Shown here in pieces: positions 55,548 through 64,000 of a DNA stretch of 64,000 nt (position 1 is the first letter of the stretch; every line of letters starts with the position of its first letter). The notes beneath the pieces are model-generated. The model saw only the letters and a list, made by a program, of their open reading frames with translations. It ran no database searches and was not told the origin of the DNA. Both the position numbers and the translations under genes were made by a program. This DNA is from an uncultured Actinomycetes bacterium. GTDB taxonomy: Bacteria > Actinomycetota > UBA4738 > HRBIN12. Where the stretch lies: the NCBI GenBank assembly GCA_963704725.1, contig OY969934.1, positions 736,001 to 800,000 on the forward strand. The letters are read 5' to 3'.

Positions 55548-56873
55548 GTGGTCGAGGCCGAGAGCGAGTTCGTCCTGAAGCAGGCCGAGGAACGCGACAT
55601 CCGGTTCGTGCAGCTCTGGTTCACCGACGTGCTCGGCCAGCTCAAGGCGTTCGCGATCCCGGCGGAGGAGCTCCCCGAGGCGCTCTCGGAGGGCGCGTCC
55701 TTCGACGGCGCCTCGATCGAGGGGTTCTCGCGCGCCGACGAGGCCGACATGATCGCGATGCCGGTCCCGCGGACCTTCCAGTCGCTCCCGTGGCGTCCCG
55801 AACGGGCCGGCGTGGCGCGCATGTTCTGCGATGTGCTCACCGCCGACGGCGACCCGTTCGAGGGCGATCCGCGGCGCGTGCTCAAGCAGGCCATGGCGCG
55901 GGTGCGCGACCTGGGATTCACGGCGTACGTGGGCGGCGAGCTCGACTTCTTCCTCCTTGCGGGGCCGGACGATCCCACACCGGTCGACACCGGCTCGTAC
56001 TTCGACCTCACGCCGCTCGACTCGGCGAACGACTTCCGCCGCCGCGTGCTGATGTACTTGGAGACGCTCGGCATCCCCGTGAAGGACTCGCACCACGAGG
56101 ACGCCGCGTCGCAGCACGGCGTCGACCTCCGCCACGCGGACGCGCTCACGATCGCCGACTCGCTCATGAGTTTCCGTCTCGTCGTGAAGGAGGTGGCGCG
56201 CGAGTTCGACCTGTACGCCACGTTCATGCCGAAGCCGATCGAGGGCGTCCAGGGCTCGGGGCTGCACACCCACCTGTCGCTGTTCGAGGGCGAGCGCAAC
56301 GCGTTCTTCGATCCCACCGACGAGTACCACCTGTCGAAGGTGGGGCGGATGTTCATGGCGGGACTGCTCGCGCACGCCCGCGAGATCACGGCGGTGACGA
56401 ACCAGTGGGTCAACTCGTACAAGCGACTCGTCCCGGGGTTCGAGGCGCCGACGCACGTGTCGTGGGGCGCGAGGAACCGCTCGACGCTCGTGCGGATCCC
56501 GCTGACGAAGCGGGGCAAGGAGAGCTCATGCCGCATCGAGTACCGGGCGCCCGATCCCGCGTGCAACCCGTACCTCACGCTCGCCGTGATCCTGTCGGCC
56601 GGCGTGGCCGGGATCCGCGGGGAGTACGAGCTCCCGCCCGAGGCCGGACCGGACCTGCTCGCCGAAACGCTGGCCGGTCGCGAGACGGGGATCGCGCCGC
56701 TGCCCGACACGCTGCCCGAGGCGCTCGAGGCCATGCGGGGGAGCGAGCTCGTGCGCGAGACGCTCGGCGACCATCTCTTCGAGTGGTTCCTCGCGAACAA
56801 GGTCGCGGAGTGGGGCGAGCACAAGCGGCACGTGAGCCGTCTCGAGATCGAGCGCTACCTCCCGAGGCTGTGA
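55548..56873 (+). CDS. glnA: Glutamine synthetase family protein (GlnA2-like), paralog A with substituted metal ligands
   Basis: QLWFTDVLG, FDGASIEG, ATFMPKP, GSGLHTH, NSYKRLVPGFEAP, RIEYRAPD; but GGELDF and SQHGVD. Confidence 0.9.
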   Translation: MVEAESEFVLKQAEERDIRFVQLWFTDVLGQLKAFAIPAEELPEALSEGASFDGASIEGFSRADEADMIAMPVPRTFQSLPWRPERAGVARMFCDVLTADGDPFEGDPRRVLKQAMARVRDLGFTAYVGGELDFFLLAGPDDPTPVDTGSYFDLTPLDSANDFRRRVLMYLETLGIPVKDSHHEDAASQHGVDLRHADALTIADSLMSFRLVVKEVAREFDLYATFMPKPIEGVQGSGLHTHLSLFEGERNAFFDPTDEYHLSKVGRMFMAGLLAHAREITAVTNQWVNSYKRLVPGFEAPTHVSWGARNRSTLVRIPLTKRGKESSCRIEYRAPDPACNPYLTLAVILSAGVAGIRGEYELPPEAGPDLLAETLAGRETGIAPLPDTLPEALEAMRGSELVRETLGDHLFEWFLANKVAEWGEHKRHVSRLEIERYLPRL

Positions 56874-57553
56874 TGAGCGTCGTCTCGCCGGAACGGCCCG
56901 TGGCGCTGGTCGGCGCCGAGCACGAGGCCTCGGCCAGTGCGCTCCACGACGACCTGCGGGCGCTCTCGTACGAGGTCGTGGCGTTCCGGCTCGATCGGGT
57001 GGAGGAGCGGCCCGCCGCCTCCCTCGCCGTGTTGGCGACCGCCGGCGCGCTCGCCGCGTGCGCCCGGGCATCCGAGGAGATCCGCCGGGCCTCGGACGGC
57101 GTCCCGATCCTGTGGGTGGTCGAGCCCCCCGACCTCGGCGCCCTCGAACGGCACGAGCGGCTGTTCGACGACTTCCTCCGCACGCCGTACGCGACCCCGG
57201 AGCTCGACGCGCGCCTGCGGCGCCTCCGCCGGGCGTCCGGGGAGCCGGGCCCCGAGGTGGTCCGGATCGGCCGGCTCGAGATGGACCCGGCCAGCTACCG
57301 GGCGAGCGTCGACGGCCGGCCGTTGAAGCTCACGTACATGGAGTACGAGCTGCTCCGCTACCTCGCGTCGCGACCGGGCCGCATCCACACGCGCGAGGCG
57401 ATCCTGCGCGGCGTGTGGGGCTACGACTACTACGGCGGGATGCGCACGGTCGACGTCCACGTCCGGCGACTCCGGGCCAAGCTCGGGCAGGAGCACGGCC
57501 GGATGATCGAGACGGTCCGCGGCGTGGGGTACGGGCTGACCGACCGCGTGTGA
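56873..57553 (+). CDS. glnR: Nitrogen regulator GlnR (OmpR family, atypical receiver)
   Basis: LTYMEYELL...VWGYDYYGGMRTVDVHVRRLRAKLGQEH signature; glnA context and GlnR boxes nearby. Confidence 0.82.
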   Translation: MSVVSPERPVALVGAEHEASASALHDDLRALSYEVVAFRLDRVEERPAASLAVLATAGALAACARASEEIRRASDGVPILWVVEPPDLGALERHERLFDDFLRTPYATPELDARLRRLRRASGEPGPEVVRIGRLEMDPASYRASVDGRPLKLTYMEYELLRYLASRPGRIHTREAILRGVWGYDYYGGMRTVDVHVRRLRAKLGQEHGRMIETVRGVGYGLTDRV

Positions 57554-57563
57554 GCGCGAGGTG

Positions 57564-57992
57564 TCAACCGGCCTCGACCAGCTCGAACCCCTCTCCTCTC
57601 GCCGCCTGGACCAGCCGCTCGTCGAGCGAGAGGAAGGCGTGACCGGGCGGCCGACCCCGCGCCCACGTGAGCGCGGCGCCGAGCTGCAGCGCGTCGGCCG
57701 CTCTCAGCGGATGACGAAGCAGGAGCGAGCCGGCGCGCTCCCGGACCTCGTCCGCCGGCTGGACCTCATTCCATCGATCGGAGAGGCGGTGGAGGGTTCG
57801 CCTGGCCTGCTCGGCGTCCGGAGTCGTGAGGTCGCGCTCTCGCTCCGAGCGGGCGAGGGCGGACAGCACCTCCACCGGTGAGCCCCACCACACGATCATC
57901 TCCGCGTCCCGCTCCACCACCGCTCGCACGTGATCCGACCGGTCCTGTGAGAGCACGAGCGGGACGATCGCAGAGGAGTCCCAGAAGATCAT
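57564..57992 (-). CDS. vapC: VapC family PIN toxin
   Basis: FWDSSAIVPL, VEVLSAL, LRAADALQLGAA, LDERLVQAARGEGF. Confidence 0.92.
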   Translation of the reverse strand: MIFWDSSAIVPLVLSQDRSDHVRAVVERDAEMIVWWGSPVEVLSALARSERERDLTTPDAEQARRTLHRLSDRWNEVQPADEVRERAGSLLLRHPLRAADALQLGAALTWARGRPPGHAFLSLDERLVQAARGEGFELVEAG

Positions 57993-58283
57993 TCAGGGTC
58001 CTTCGCGTCGCTCGGCGAGGAGGGCCGCGAGCACCGCGCCACGGCGGTCGTTCGGTATGGGCGCGTCCCAAAAGTCGTCGCGAAGCCGGTGCTTGGGTGG
58101 CCTGACGAGGCCAGCCCGGATGAGCTCGGTCAGCTCTGCCGAACCGGCCTTCGCCTTCGGGACGGGGGACAAGACCGCCACCGGCCGCCCTCGCTCCGTG
58201 ACGACGACCTCCTCGCCGGCCTTGACCCTTCGGAGCTGCTCAGACAGCTTGGCCTTGAGCTCGGAAACCGAGATGCTGACCAA
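57993..58283 (-). CDS. Phd/YefM family antitoxin (TTG start)
   Basis: SVSELKAKLSEQLRRVKAGEEVVVTERGRPVA; SD ggagg. Confidence 0.9.
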   Translation of the reverse strand: MVSISVSELKAKLSEQLRRVKAGEEVVVTERGRPVAVLSPVPKAKAGSAELTELIRAGLVRPPKHRLRDDFWDAPIPNDRRGAVLAALLAERREGP

Positions 58284-58285
58284 TC

Positions 58286-58305
58286 TGGTCACCTCCTGTT
58301 GACCA
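58286..58305. promoter_or_regulatory. TA autoregulatory operator palindrome
   Basis: tggtca-cctcctgt-tgacca immediately upstream of the antitoxin. Confidence 0.55.
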
Positions 58306-58375
58306 CTGTATCCCAAATCCGAAGCGTGTGACCTCGCCCGAGGGCCCCTCACAGGCGTGGCCGGTTCCGGGGTAT

Positions 58376-58561
58376 CTACACCCGCCCCAACACGAAGATC
58401 ACGAGGCTGATCAACCCGACGACGGCCCCCAGGAGCAACGCCCCAGCCAGCATGTAGGTCACGATGCCGGGTCGCTTCGGCGCCCATCGCGTCGGCCCGA
58501 CCTTTCGAACGATGGAGTTCGTCCACACGCTCCAGCGGGCGTCCTCTTGGAGCCGGGACAC
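58376..58561 (-). CDS. Small single-TM hypothetical protein (start uncertain)
   Basis: GIVTYMLAGALLLGAVVGLISLVIFVLG. Confidence 0.45.
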   Translation of the reverse strand: MSRLQEDARWSVWTNSIVRKVGPTRWAPKRPGIVTYMLAGALLLGAVVGLISLVIFVLGRV

Positions 58562-58590
58562 GACGTCGGGCTCGCGATCCGGCCTCCTCG

Positions 58591-58653
58591 TCACGATCGG
58601 CAGTGTAGAGGCTCGATTCGGAGGAGGACCGAGGAGTCCACGCAGACGTTCAC
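58591..58653 (-). pseudogene. Truncated vapC remnant (20 codons)
   Basis: GTGA overlap with the antitoxin stop; VNVCVDSSVLLRI matches a PIN N-terminus, then an early TGA. Confidence 0.6.
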
Positions 58654-58910
58654 CGCGGGTGCTTGCGCTCCTCACGCAGGAGCTCGGTGGAGCTCAGACG
58701 CCACCCGGCCGGGTGGTACCGCGTGGCCCGGAGTGAGGAGAAGGGGCGCAGCGGAGGACGAGCGGTGATTGGTTCGCCGTTCTCGCCCACGGGGACGATC
58801 CGGGCGATGGGCCGGTCGCGGTCGGTGACCTCAATCTCGCCGCCGTGCTCGACCTCGCGCAGGTGCCGAGAGAGCTGGTCCTTGAGTTCGGCGATCTTCA
58901 CCCGCTTCAT
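58650..58910 (-). CDS. Phd/YefM family antitoxin (orphan)
   Basis: MKRVKIAELKDQLSRHLREVEHGGEIEVTDRDRPIARIVP. Confidence 0.9.
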   Translation of the reverse strand: MKRVKIAELKDQLSRHLREVEHGGEIEVTDRDRPIARIVPVGENGEPITARPPLRPFSSLRATRYHPAGWRLSSTELLREERKHPR

Positions 58911-58925
58911 GGCTACAGGTAGCCA
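58910..58925. promoter_or_regulatory. TA operator palindrome
   Basis: tggctac-ag-gtagcca abutting the start codon. Confidence 0.6.
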
Positions 58926-58953
58926 CGTTCTCCGGCCCCGCGTCAACCGGCGA

Positions 58954-60291
58954 TCAGAGCCGGGGCAGGTTGCGGTCGATCTCGAGCTGCGTGACGTAGC
59001 TGCGGTACTCGTCCCACTCGGCGCGCTTGTTGGCTACGAACCACTCGAAGAGGTGCTCGCCCAGCGTCTCGCGGACGAGCTCTGAGAGCTGCATCTCGCC
59101 GAGCGCCTCCGGCAGACTCTCCGGGAGCGACTCGATGCCGTCGTTCCACCGCTCGACGTCCGTCATGCGGTGGATGTCGTCGGTGGCCTCGCGCGGCAGG
59201 TCGTACTCCATCTCGACCCCGCGCAGGCCGGCCGAGAGCATGACCGCCAGCGCCAGGTACGGGTTGCACGCGGGGTCCGGCGCCCGGTACTCGACGCGGC
59301 ACACCGACTCCTTGCCCGGCTTGGCGAGCGGGACGCGCACGAGCGCCGACTGGTTGGCGATGCCCCAGCACACGTGGACCGGCGCCTCGTACCCGGGGAC
59401 GAGGCGCTTGTACGAGTTCACCCACTGGTTGGTGATCGCGCTCATCTCGCGCGCGTGCGTGAGGAGTCCGGCGATGAACGAGCGCGCCACCTTCGACAGG
59501 TAGTACTCGTCGGTGGGGTCGAAGAACGCGTTGCGGTCGCCCTCGAACAGCGAGAGGTGCGTGTGCATGCCCGAGCCCCACGCGCCCTGGATCGGCTTCG
59601 GCATGAACGTGGCGTACACGTTCAGCTCCTGCGCGACCTCCTTGACCAGCAGGCGGAACGTCATGATCGTGTCGGCCATCGTGAGCGCGTCGGCGTGTCG
59701 CAGGTCGACCTCGTGCTGGGAGGCCGCGACCTCGTGGTGCGAGTCCTTCACCGGGATGCCGAGTCGCTCGAGGTAGGAGATCACGCGGCGGCGGAAGTCG
59801 CTTCCCACGTCGAGCGGCGTGAGGTCGAAGTACGAGCCGTCGTCGAGCGGCTCAAGCGAGTGCGCGTCGCGGAACAGGAAGAACTCGATCTCCGGCCCCG
59901 CGTAGAGCGTGAACCCCAGGTCGGCGGCGCGAGCGATGGCCCGTCGGAGCACGCCCCGGGGGTCGCCGGGGAACGGCGAGCCGTCCGGCAGGTGGATGTC
60001 GCAGAACATCCGGGCCCCGCCGTGCGAACCGGGCCGCCACGGAAGCATCGTGAACGTCGCCGGGTCCGGCTTGGCGATCACGTCCGCCTCCTGGACCCGG
60101 GCGAACCCGTCGATCGCCGAGCCGTCGAAGCTCACGCCCTCCTCGAGCGCCTCCGGCAGCTCCTCCGGCGGGATCGAGAACGACTTCAGGAACCCGAGCA
60201 CGTCCGTGAACCACAGCTGGACGAACTCGATCTCGCGATCGTCGATGGCCCGCTGCACGGCCTCGCGCGGGTCGGCCTCGCTCCGGATCAT
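58954..60291 (-). CDS. glnA: Glutamine synthetase family protein (GlnA2-like), paralog B
   Basis: GPEIEFF, HHEVAASQHEVD, GSGMHTH, NSYKRLVPGYEAP, RVEYRAPD; NRS altered to NQS. Confidence 0.92.
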   Translation of the reverse strand: MIRSEADPREAVQRAIDDREIEFVQLWFTDVLGFLKSFSIPPEELPEALEEGVSFDGSAIDGFARVQEADVIAKPDPATFTMLPWRPGSHGGARMFCDIHLPDGSPFPGDPRGVLRRAIARAADLGFTLYAGPEIEFFLFRDAHSLEPLDDGSYFDLTPLDVGSDFRRRVISYLERLGIPVKDSHHEVAASQHEVDLRHADALTMADTIMTFRLLVKEVAQELNVYATFMPKPIQGAWGSGMHTHLSLFEGDRNAFFDPTDEYYLSKVARSFIAGLLTHAREMSAITNQWVNSYKRLVPGYEAPVHVCWGIANQSALVRVPLAKPGKESVCRVEYRAPDPACNPYLALAVMLSAGLRGVEMEYDLPREATDDIHRMTDVERWNDGIESLPESLPEALGEMQLSELVRETLGEHLFEWFVANKRAEWDEYRSYVTQLEIDRNLPRL

Positions 60292-60713
60292 CGGATCACC
60301 GTCAGCACGAGCGCCGCGATCGAGAACGCGACGGCCATGCCGAGCAACCCCAGCCCGGCGCCCCGGATCCACTGGCCGCCCGACAGGCCCACGCCGCGGA
60401 CCGAGCGCGACCTGGCCGAGGCGGCGCGGGCCCACAGGGAGATGCCGACGAAGCCGATCAGCGTGGCGACGAACGCCCAGCCCGGAGCCGCCACGGCGGC
60501 CAGGCCGAACATGATCGCGAGGAACACCCACGGCGCCCCGAGCCGGACCAGCAGCGTCCTCCAGTAGGCCGGGTGCTCGGCCCGCAGATGTCCGAACCTG
60601 CCACCGGGGGTGAACGGGGAGTGGCAGACCGGGCATCGATCCGGGCGCGACCCCGCCGACCCGCGGGCGCGGAGGGGCGCGGCCGTCCGGGACGCCGTGG
60701 GTGCGTTGTTCAT
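60288..60713 (-). CDS. Small membrane protein with C2H2-type zinc finger
   Basis: CPVCHSPFTPGGRFGHLRAEH then 3 TM; ATGA overlaps with amtB and glnA. Confidence 0.7.
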   Translation of the reverse strand: MNNAPTASRTAAPLRARGSAGSRPDRCPVCHSPFTPGGRFGHLRAEHPAYWRTLLVRLGAPWVFLAIMFGLAAVAAPGWAFVATLIGFVGISLWARAASARSRSVRGVGLSGGQWIRGAGLGLLGMAVAFSIAALVLTVIR

Positions 60714-62350
60714 GCCGAGACACCTCCGTCTCCGGCGTAGGCCGGCTCCTCCGACGCCTCGGGCAGCTCCACGAGCGCGTGCTGAGGCACGATGTCGTGG
60801 TAGCCGGGGGCGCCCAGCTCGGGCACGTCGAGGCCGGCGATCTCGACCTTGGCCGGGACCCGGATGCCCTGGATGCGGTCCTGCACCTTCATGAACAGGT
60901 ACGTCCCGCCCCAGGCCCACACGATCAGGGTCACCACGCCGGCGAGCTGGGCGAGGAGCTGCCCGCCGTCGCCGTAGAAGAGCCCCTTCACGGTGCCGTC
61001 GATCCCGTTCCACCCGGCGCCGTACGTGCCGTCGGCGAACAGCCCGAGCGCGATGACGCCCCACAGGCCGTTCGCGCCGTGGACCGAGAAGGCCCCGACG
61101 GGGTCGTCGATCTTCAGCCTCGTGTCGACGAAGCGGTACGTGACGACGACGAGCACGCCGGCCACCGCGCCGATCACGAACGCCGCCCACGGGGCGACGA
61201 ACCCCGACGGGGCCGTGATCGCGACGAGCCCGGCGAGCATGCCGTTGGCCGACATGCCGGGGTCGGGCTTGCCGTACGCGTTCTTCCATCCCCACGACAG
61301 GTACATCGCGGCGAGCAGGCCGGTGCACGACGCGATCACCGTGTTCACGATCACCGAGCTGATCCGGAGCTCGGTCGCCGCGAGCGTGCTGCCGGCGTTG
61401 AACCCGAGCCACCCGAACAGCAGGATGAACACGCCGAGGATCGCCATGGGCAGGTTGTGCCCGGGGATCGTGTTCACCGATCCGTCCTTGCCGTACTTGC
61501 CGATCCGGGGACCGATGATCATCGCGCCTGCCAGCGCCGACAGGCCGCCCACGGCGTGCACCACGCCCGACCCGGCGAAGTCGACGTACCCGTGCCCCCA
61601 CCCGCGCGACGCGCCGAGCTGCGAGAGCCACCCGCCGCCCCACGCCCACATCCCGAACAGCGGATACAGGATCGCGGCCATGAAGAAGGAGTAGGGGACG
61701 AACGCCGAGAACTTCCAACGCTCGGCCATGGCGCCGGTGACGATCGTGCCGGCCGTGTCCATGAAGACGAGCTGGAAGAACCACAGCGCCATCACGCCGA
61801 CGTCGTAGGAGCTGCCGAACAGGAACCAGCCCTTGGTGCCCCACAGCCCGAGGTGCGCGTTGTTGCCGAGGTGGAACGCGCCGTCGAGCACGCCCGTCCC
61901 GCTTCCCAGCGCGCCGAGCGCCCCGACCCCACCGAACATCAGCGGGAAGCCGATGGCGAACCACGCCACGCCGCCGACGGCGAAGATGACGAAGTTCATC
62001 ATCATCGTGTGCGCGGCGTTCTTGGCGCGGGTGAAGCCGGTCTCGACGAGCGCGAACCCCGCCTGGAAGAACAGGACCAGCGCGCCGGCGAGCAGGGTCC
62101 ACGTGAAGTTCACGGCGACCTTGTTCTTGCCCACCTCGTCGACGACCGCCTGGAACGTGTCCTGGTCGAGCGTCGCGCTCGAACCGCCGACGACGTCCTC
62201 CGCGTTGCCGGTGATCTCGCCGCACGGGTCGCCCGCGCCGCTCGTGTTCCCACCGCAGGCCTCCTGGGCCCGCGCCGCCGCCGGCGCGAACAGCAGCAGA
62301 CCGACGACGGCGAGCAGCAGGGCGAAGCGCAACCGTCTTCGTGCGGGCAT
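60710..62350 (-). CDS. amtB: Ammonium transporter
   Basis: QAGFALVETG, GAMAER, DFAGSGVVH, GWLGFNAGS, LAGLVAITA, KIDDPVGAFSVHG. Confidence 0.97.
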   Translation of the reverse strand: MPARRRLRFALLLAVVGLLLFAPAAARAQEACGGNTSGAGDPCGEITGNAEDVVGGSSATLDQDTFQAVVDEVGKNKVAVNFTWTLLAGALVLFFQAGFALVETGFTRAKNAAHTMMMNFVIFAVGGVAWFAIGFPLMFGGVGALGALGSGTGVLDGAFHLGNNAHLGLWGTKGWFLFGSSYDVGVMALWFFQLVFMDTAGTIVTGAMAERWKFSAFVPYSFFMAAILYPLFGMWAWGGGWLSQLGASRGWGHGYVDFAGSGVVHAVGGLSALAGAMIIGPRIGKYGKDGSVNTIPGHNLPMAILGVFILLFGWLGFNAGSTLAATELRISSVIVNTVIASCTGLLAAMYLSWGWKNAYGKPDPGMSANGMLAGLVAITAPSGFVAPWAAFVIGAVAGVLVVVTYRFVDTRLKIDDPVGAFSVHGANGLWGVIALGLFADGTYGAGWNGIDGTVKGLFYGDGGQLLAQLAGVVTLIVWAWGGTYLFMKVQDRIQGIRVPAKVEIAGLDVPELGAPGYHDIVPQHALVELPEASEEPAYAGDGGVSA

Positions 62351-62418
62351 CCATCCCCCCTTCGTCCGCCGGAGATCCCTTCCGTCTCCGTGTGACGGGG
62401 CGACGCTAGGGGCGCCGT

Positions 62419-62516
62419 GTTTCCCACCGGTTTCGGTGACGTCAACTCTGCGTCACGCGGCGTCGTCGGCGGGGCCGGTTCACCTGTTCGTAACCGGAGC
62501 GAAACGCGAGGGTAAC
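62419..62516. promoter_or_regulatory. Two arrays of GlnR boxes in the amtB/transporter divergent promoter
   Basis: Minus strand gtgac-n6-ttgac-n6-gaaac-n6-gaaac (62419-62456); plus strand ttcac-n6-gtaac-n6-gaaac-n6-gtaac (62479-62516). Confidence 0.8.
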
Positions 62517-62539
62517 GGCGCCTGCCTACGGTGGCCCGG

Positions 62540-63835
62540 GTGGACGGGACGCAGGTCGCCGCGCTGTCGGTCTTCGCGCTCTCCTACGGGGCGATCATCT
62601 CCGGGCGGGTGCACCGCACGATCGCGGCGATCGCCGGCGCGGCGGTCATGGCCCTGGTGGTGCTGCGCGGGAACGCGATCGCCGAGGCCGTCGACTGGCA
62701 GACCGTGCTGTTCATCTTCGGGATGATGGTCGTCATCGGGACGATGGAGCGCGGCGGGGCCTTCCGATGGCTGGGACTGCACGCCGCTCGGATCGCTCGC
62801 CTCGAGCCGTTGCGACTGTTCATCGTGCTGCCGGTCCTGGCGGCGGTGCTGTCGGCGTTCGTCGACTCGATCACGGTGATGCTCTTCCTGGCGGTGCTCA
62901 CGATCGAGGTGGCCCGCGTGGCGCGCCTGCGGCCCCTCCCGCTCTTGATCGCCGAGATCACCGCGGCGAACATCGGCGGGGCGGCGACGATGGTGGGCGA
63001 CCCGCCGAACGTGATCCTCGGCACGCACTTCGGCCTGACCTTCGGCGACTTCGTCCTGGGAACCGGGCCGCTCGCCCTCCTCGGCGTGGTCGTCAACACG
63101 GCGTTCCTCGCGTTCCTGTTCCGCAAGGACATCCGTGCGGCGCGCGCGTCGTTCGCCCGGAACCCGAACGACCGGCTCCGGGCGCTCGCGCTGCTCGACC
63201 CCGCGGCGGCGATCCGCGACCGGGGACTGTTCGCGATCGGCTGGGTCTCGCTCGCCGTCGTGGTGGCCCTGCTGGTGAGCCACGGCCTCACCGGGCTGAC
63301 GGTGGGCTCGATCGGCACGAGCGCGGCGTCGCTCGTCCTCGTGCTCGGGGGGCCGCGCCACCGGATGCCGACGATCCTGGAGGCGATCGACTGGAGCACG
63401 CTCGTGTTCTTCGGGGCACTGTTCCTGCTCGTCGGGGGTCTCGAGCAGAGCGGAGCTCTGGAGTCGCTCGCGAACGGCATCCTGCACCTCGGCGGGGGCA
63501 CGGCCGTCGTCCTCACGATCGTGCTGTGGACGGCGGGGCTGGGTTCGGCCATCGTCGACAACGTGCCCTTCGCGGCCACGCTGGCGCCGGTCATCGGGCA
63601 CCTCGCGGCGGGGGGCGTGCCGCTCAAGCCGCTGATCTGGGCGGGATCGCTCGGCGCCGACATCGGGGGGAACGCGACACCCATCGGCGCGGCGGCCAAC
63701 GTCATCGGGATCACCACGTACGAGCGCTACACGGGGGAGCGAGTCCGGTGGGGCGAGTACCTCCGGGCGGCCGTTCCGGCGACCGCCGTCACGCTCGGCG
63801 TCCTGTATCTCCTCCTCCTGCTCCTCCACGCCTAG
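62540..63835 (+). CDS. ArsB/NhaD/SLC13 (IT superfamily) permease
   Basis: VDWQTVLFIFGMM, SAFVDSIT, ANIGGAATMVGDPPN, SAIVDNVP, GGNATPIGAAAN; TACGGT -10 box 7 nt before GTG at 62540. Confidence 0.9.
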   Translation: MDGTQVAALSVFALSYGAIISGRVHRTIAAIAGAAVMALVVLRGNAIAEAVDWQTVLFIFGMMVVIGTMERGGAFRWLGLHAARIARLEPLRLFIVLPVLAAVLSAFVDSITVMLFLAVLTIEVARVARLRPLPLLIAEITAANIGGAATMVGDPPNVILGTHFGLTFGDFVLGTGPLALLGVVVNTAFLAFLFRKDIRAARASFARNPNDRLRALALLDPAAAIRDRGLFAIGWVSLAVVVALLVSHGLTGLTVGSIGTSAASLVLVLGGPRHRMPTILEAIDWSTLVFFGALFLLVGGLEQSGALESLANGILHLGGGTAVVLTIVLWTAGLGSAIVDNVPFAATLAPVIGHLAAGGVPLKPLIWAGSLGADIGGNATPIGAAANVIGITTYERYTGERVRWGEYLRAAVPATAVTLGVLYLLLLLLHA

Positions 63836-64000
63836 GTGTACGAGCGCATCCTGGTCCCGCTCGACGGGTCCCACGACGCCGAGGCCGCGCTCCCCATGGC
63901 GCGGTCGCTGGCGAGCCGCCTGCACGCCGAGCTCATCCTGATCCGCGTGAACGAGCCGATCCCGAACCTGCCCACCGGCCGGTACCCGGAAGGCGTGGTG
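63836..64000 (+). CDS. Universal stress protein, partial
   Basis: MYERILVPLDGSHDAEAALPMA...; runs off the window. Confidence 0.88.
   Translation, partial: MYERILVPLDGSHDAEAALPMARSLASRLHAELILIRVNEPIPNLPTGRYPEGVV

Overview
High-GC actinobacterial chromosomal segment, probably a deep-branching or uncultured Actinomycetota lineage (F420-type enzymes, ClpS-DUF2017, LppM-like lipoprotein, GlnR, many leaderless starts). It has about 65 genes and no recognisable rRNA, tRNA, CRISPR or transposase. Blocks in order: signalling genes (PAS + metallo-beta-lactamase hydrolase, adenylate cyclase-AAA-TPR), secreted repeat proteins, an ECF sigma/anti-sigma pair, a two-component system with an ABC transporter, a GcvT-SHMT fusion, a heterodimeric ABC exporter, SLATT-patatin-dodecin, PAS-GGDEF-EAL, a SigB/SigF partner-switching island with several GTTT-N15/16-GGG(T/A)AN promoters and two candidate structured RNAs, ppc, and a nitrogen-assimilation cluster (gltB, two glnA paralogs, glnR, amtB, GlnR boxes) interrupted by VapBC modules. 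The best candidate for an undescribed system is a RiPP-like cassette at 32946-35288: a 76-aa peptide with a LSDEDIE leader-like motif and an Asp-rich DxDG(T/A)D repeat core, translationally coupled to a JmjC/ROXA-type Fe(II)/2-oxoglutarate oxygenase, followed by a sucrase/ferredoxin-like [2Fe-2S] protein. All calls come from reading motifs by eye; no database searches were run.
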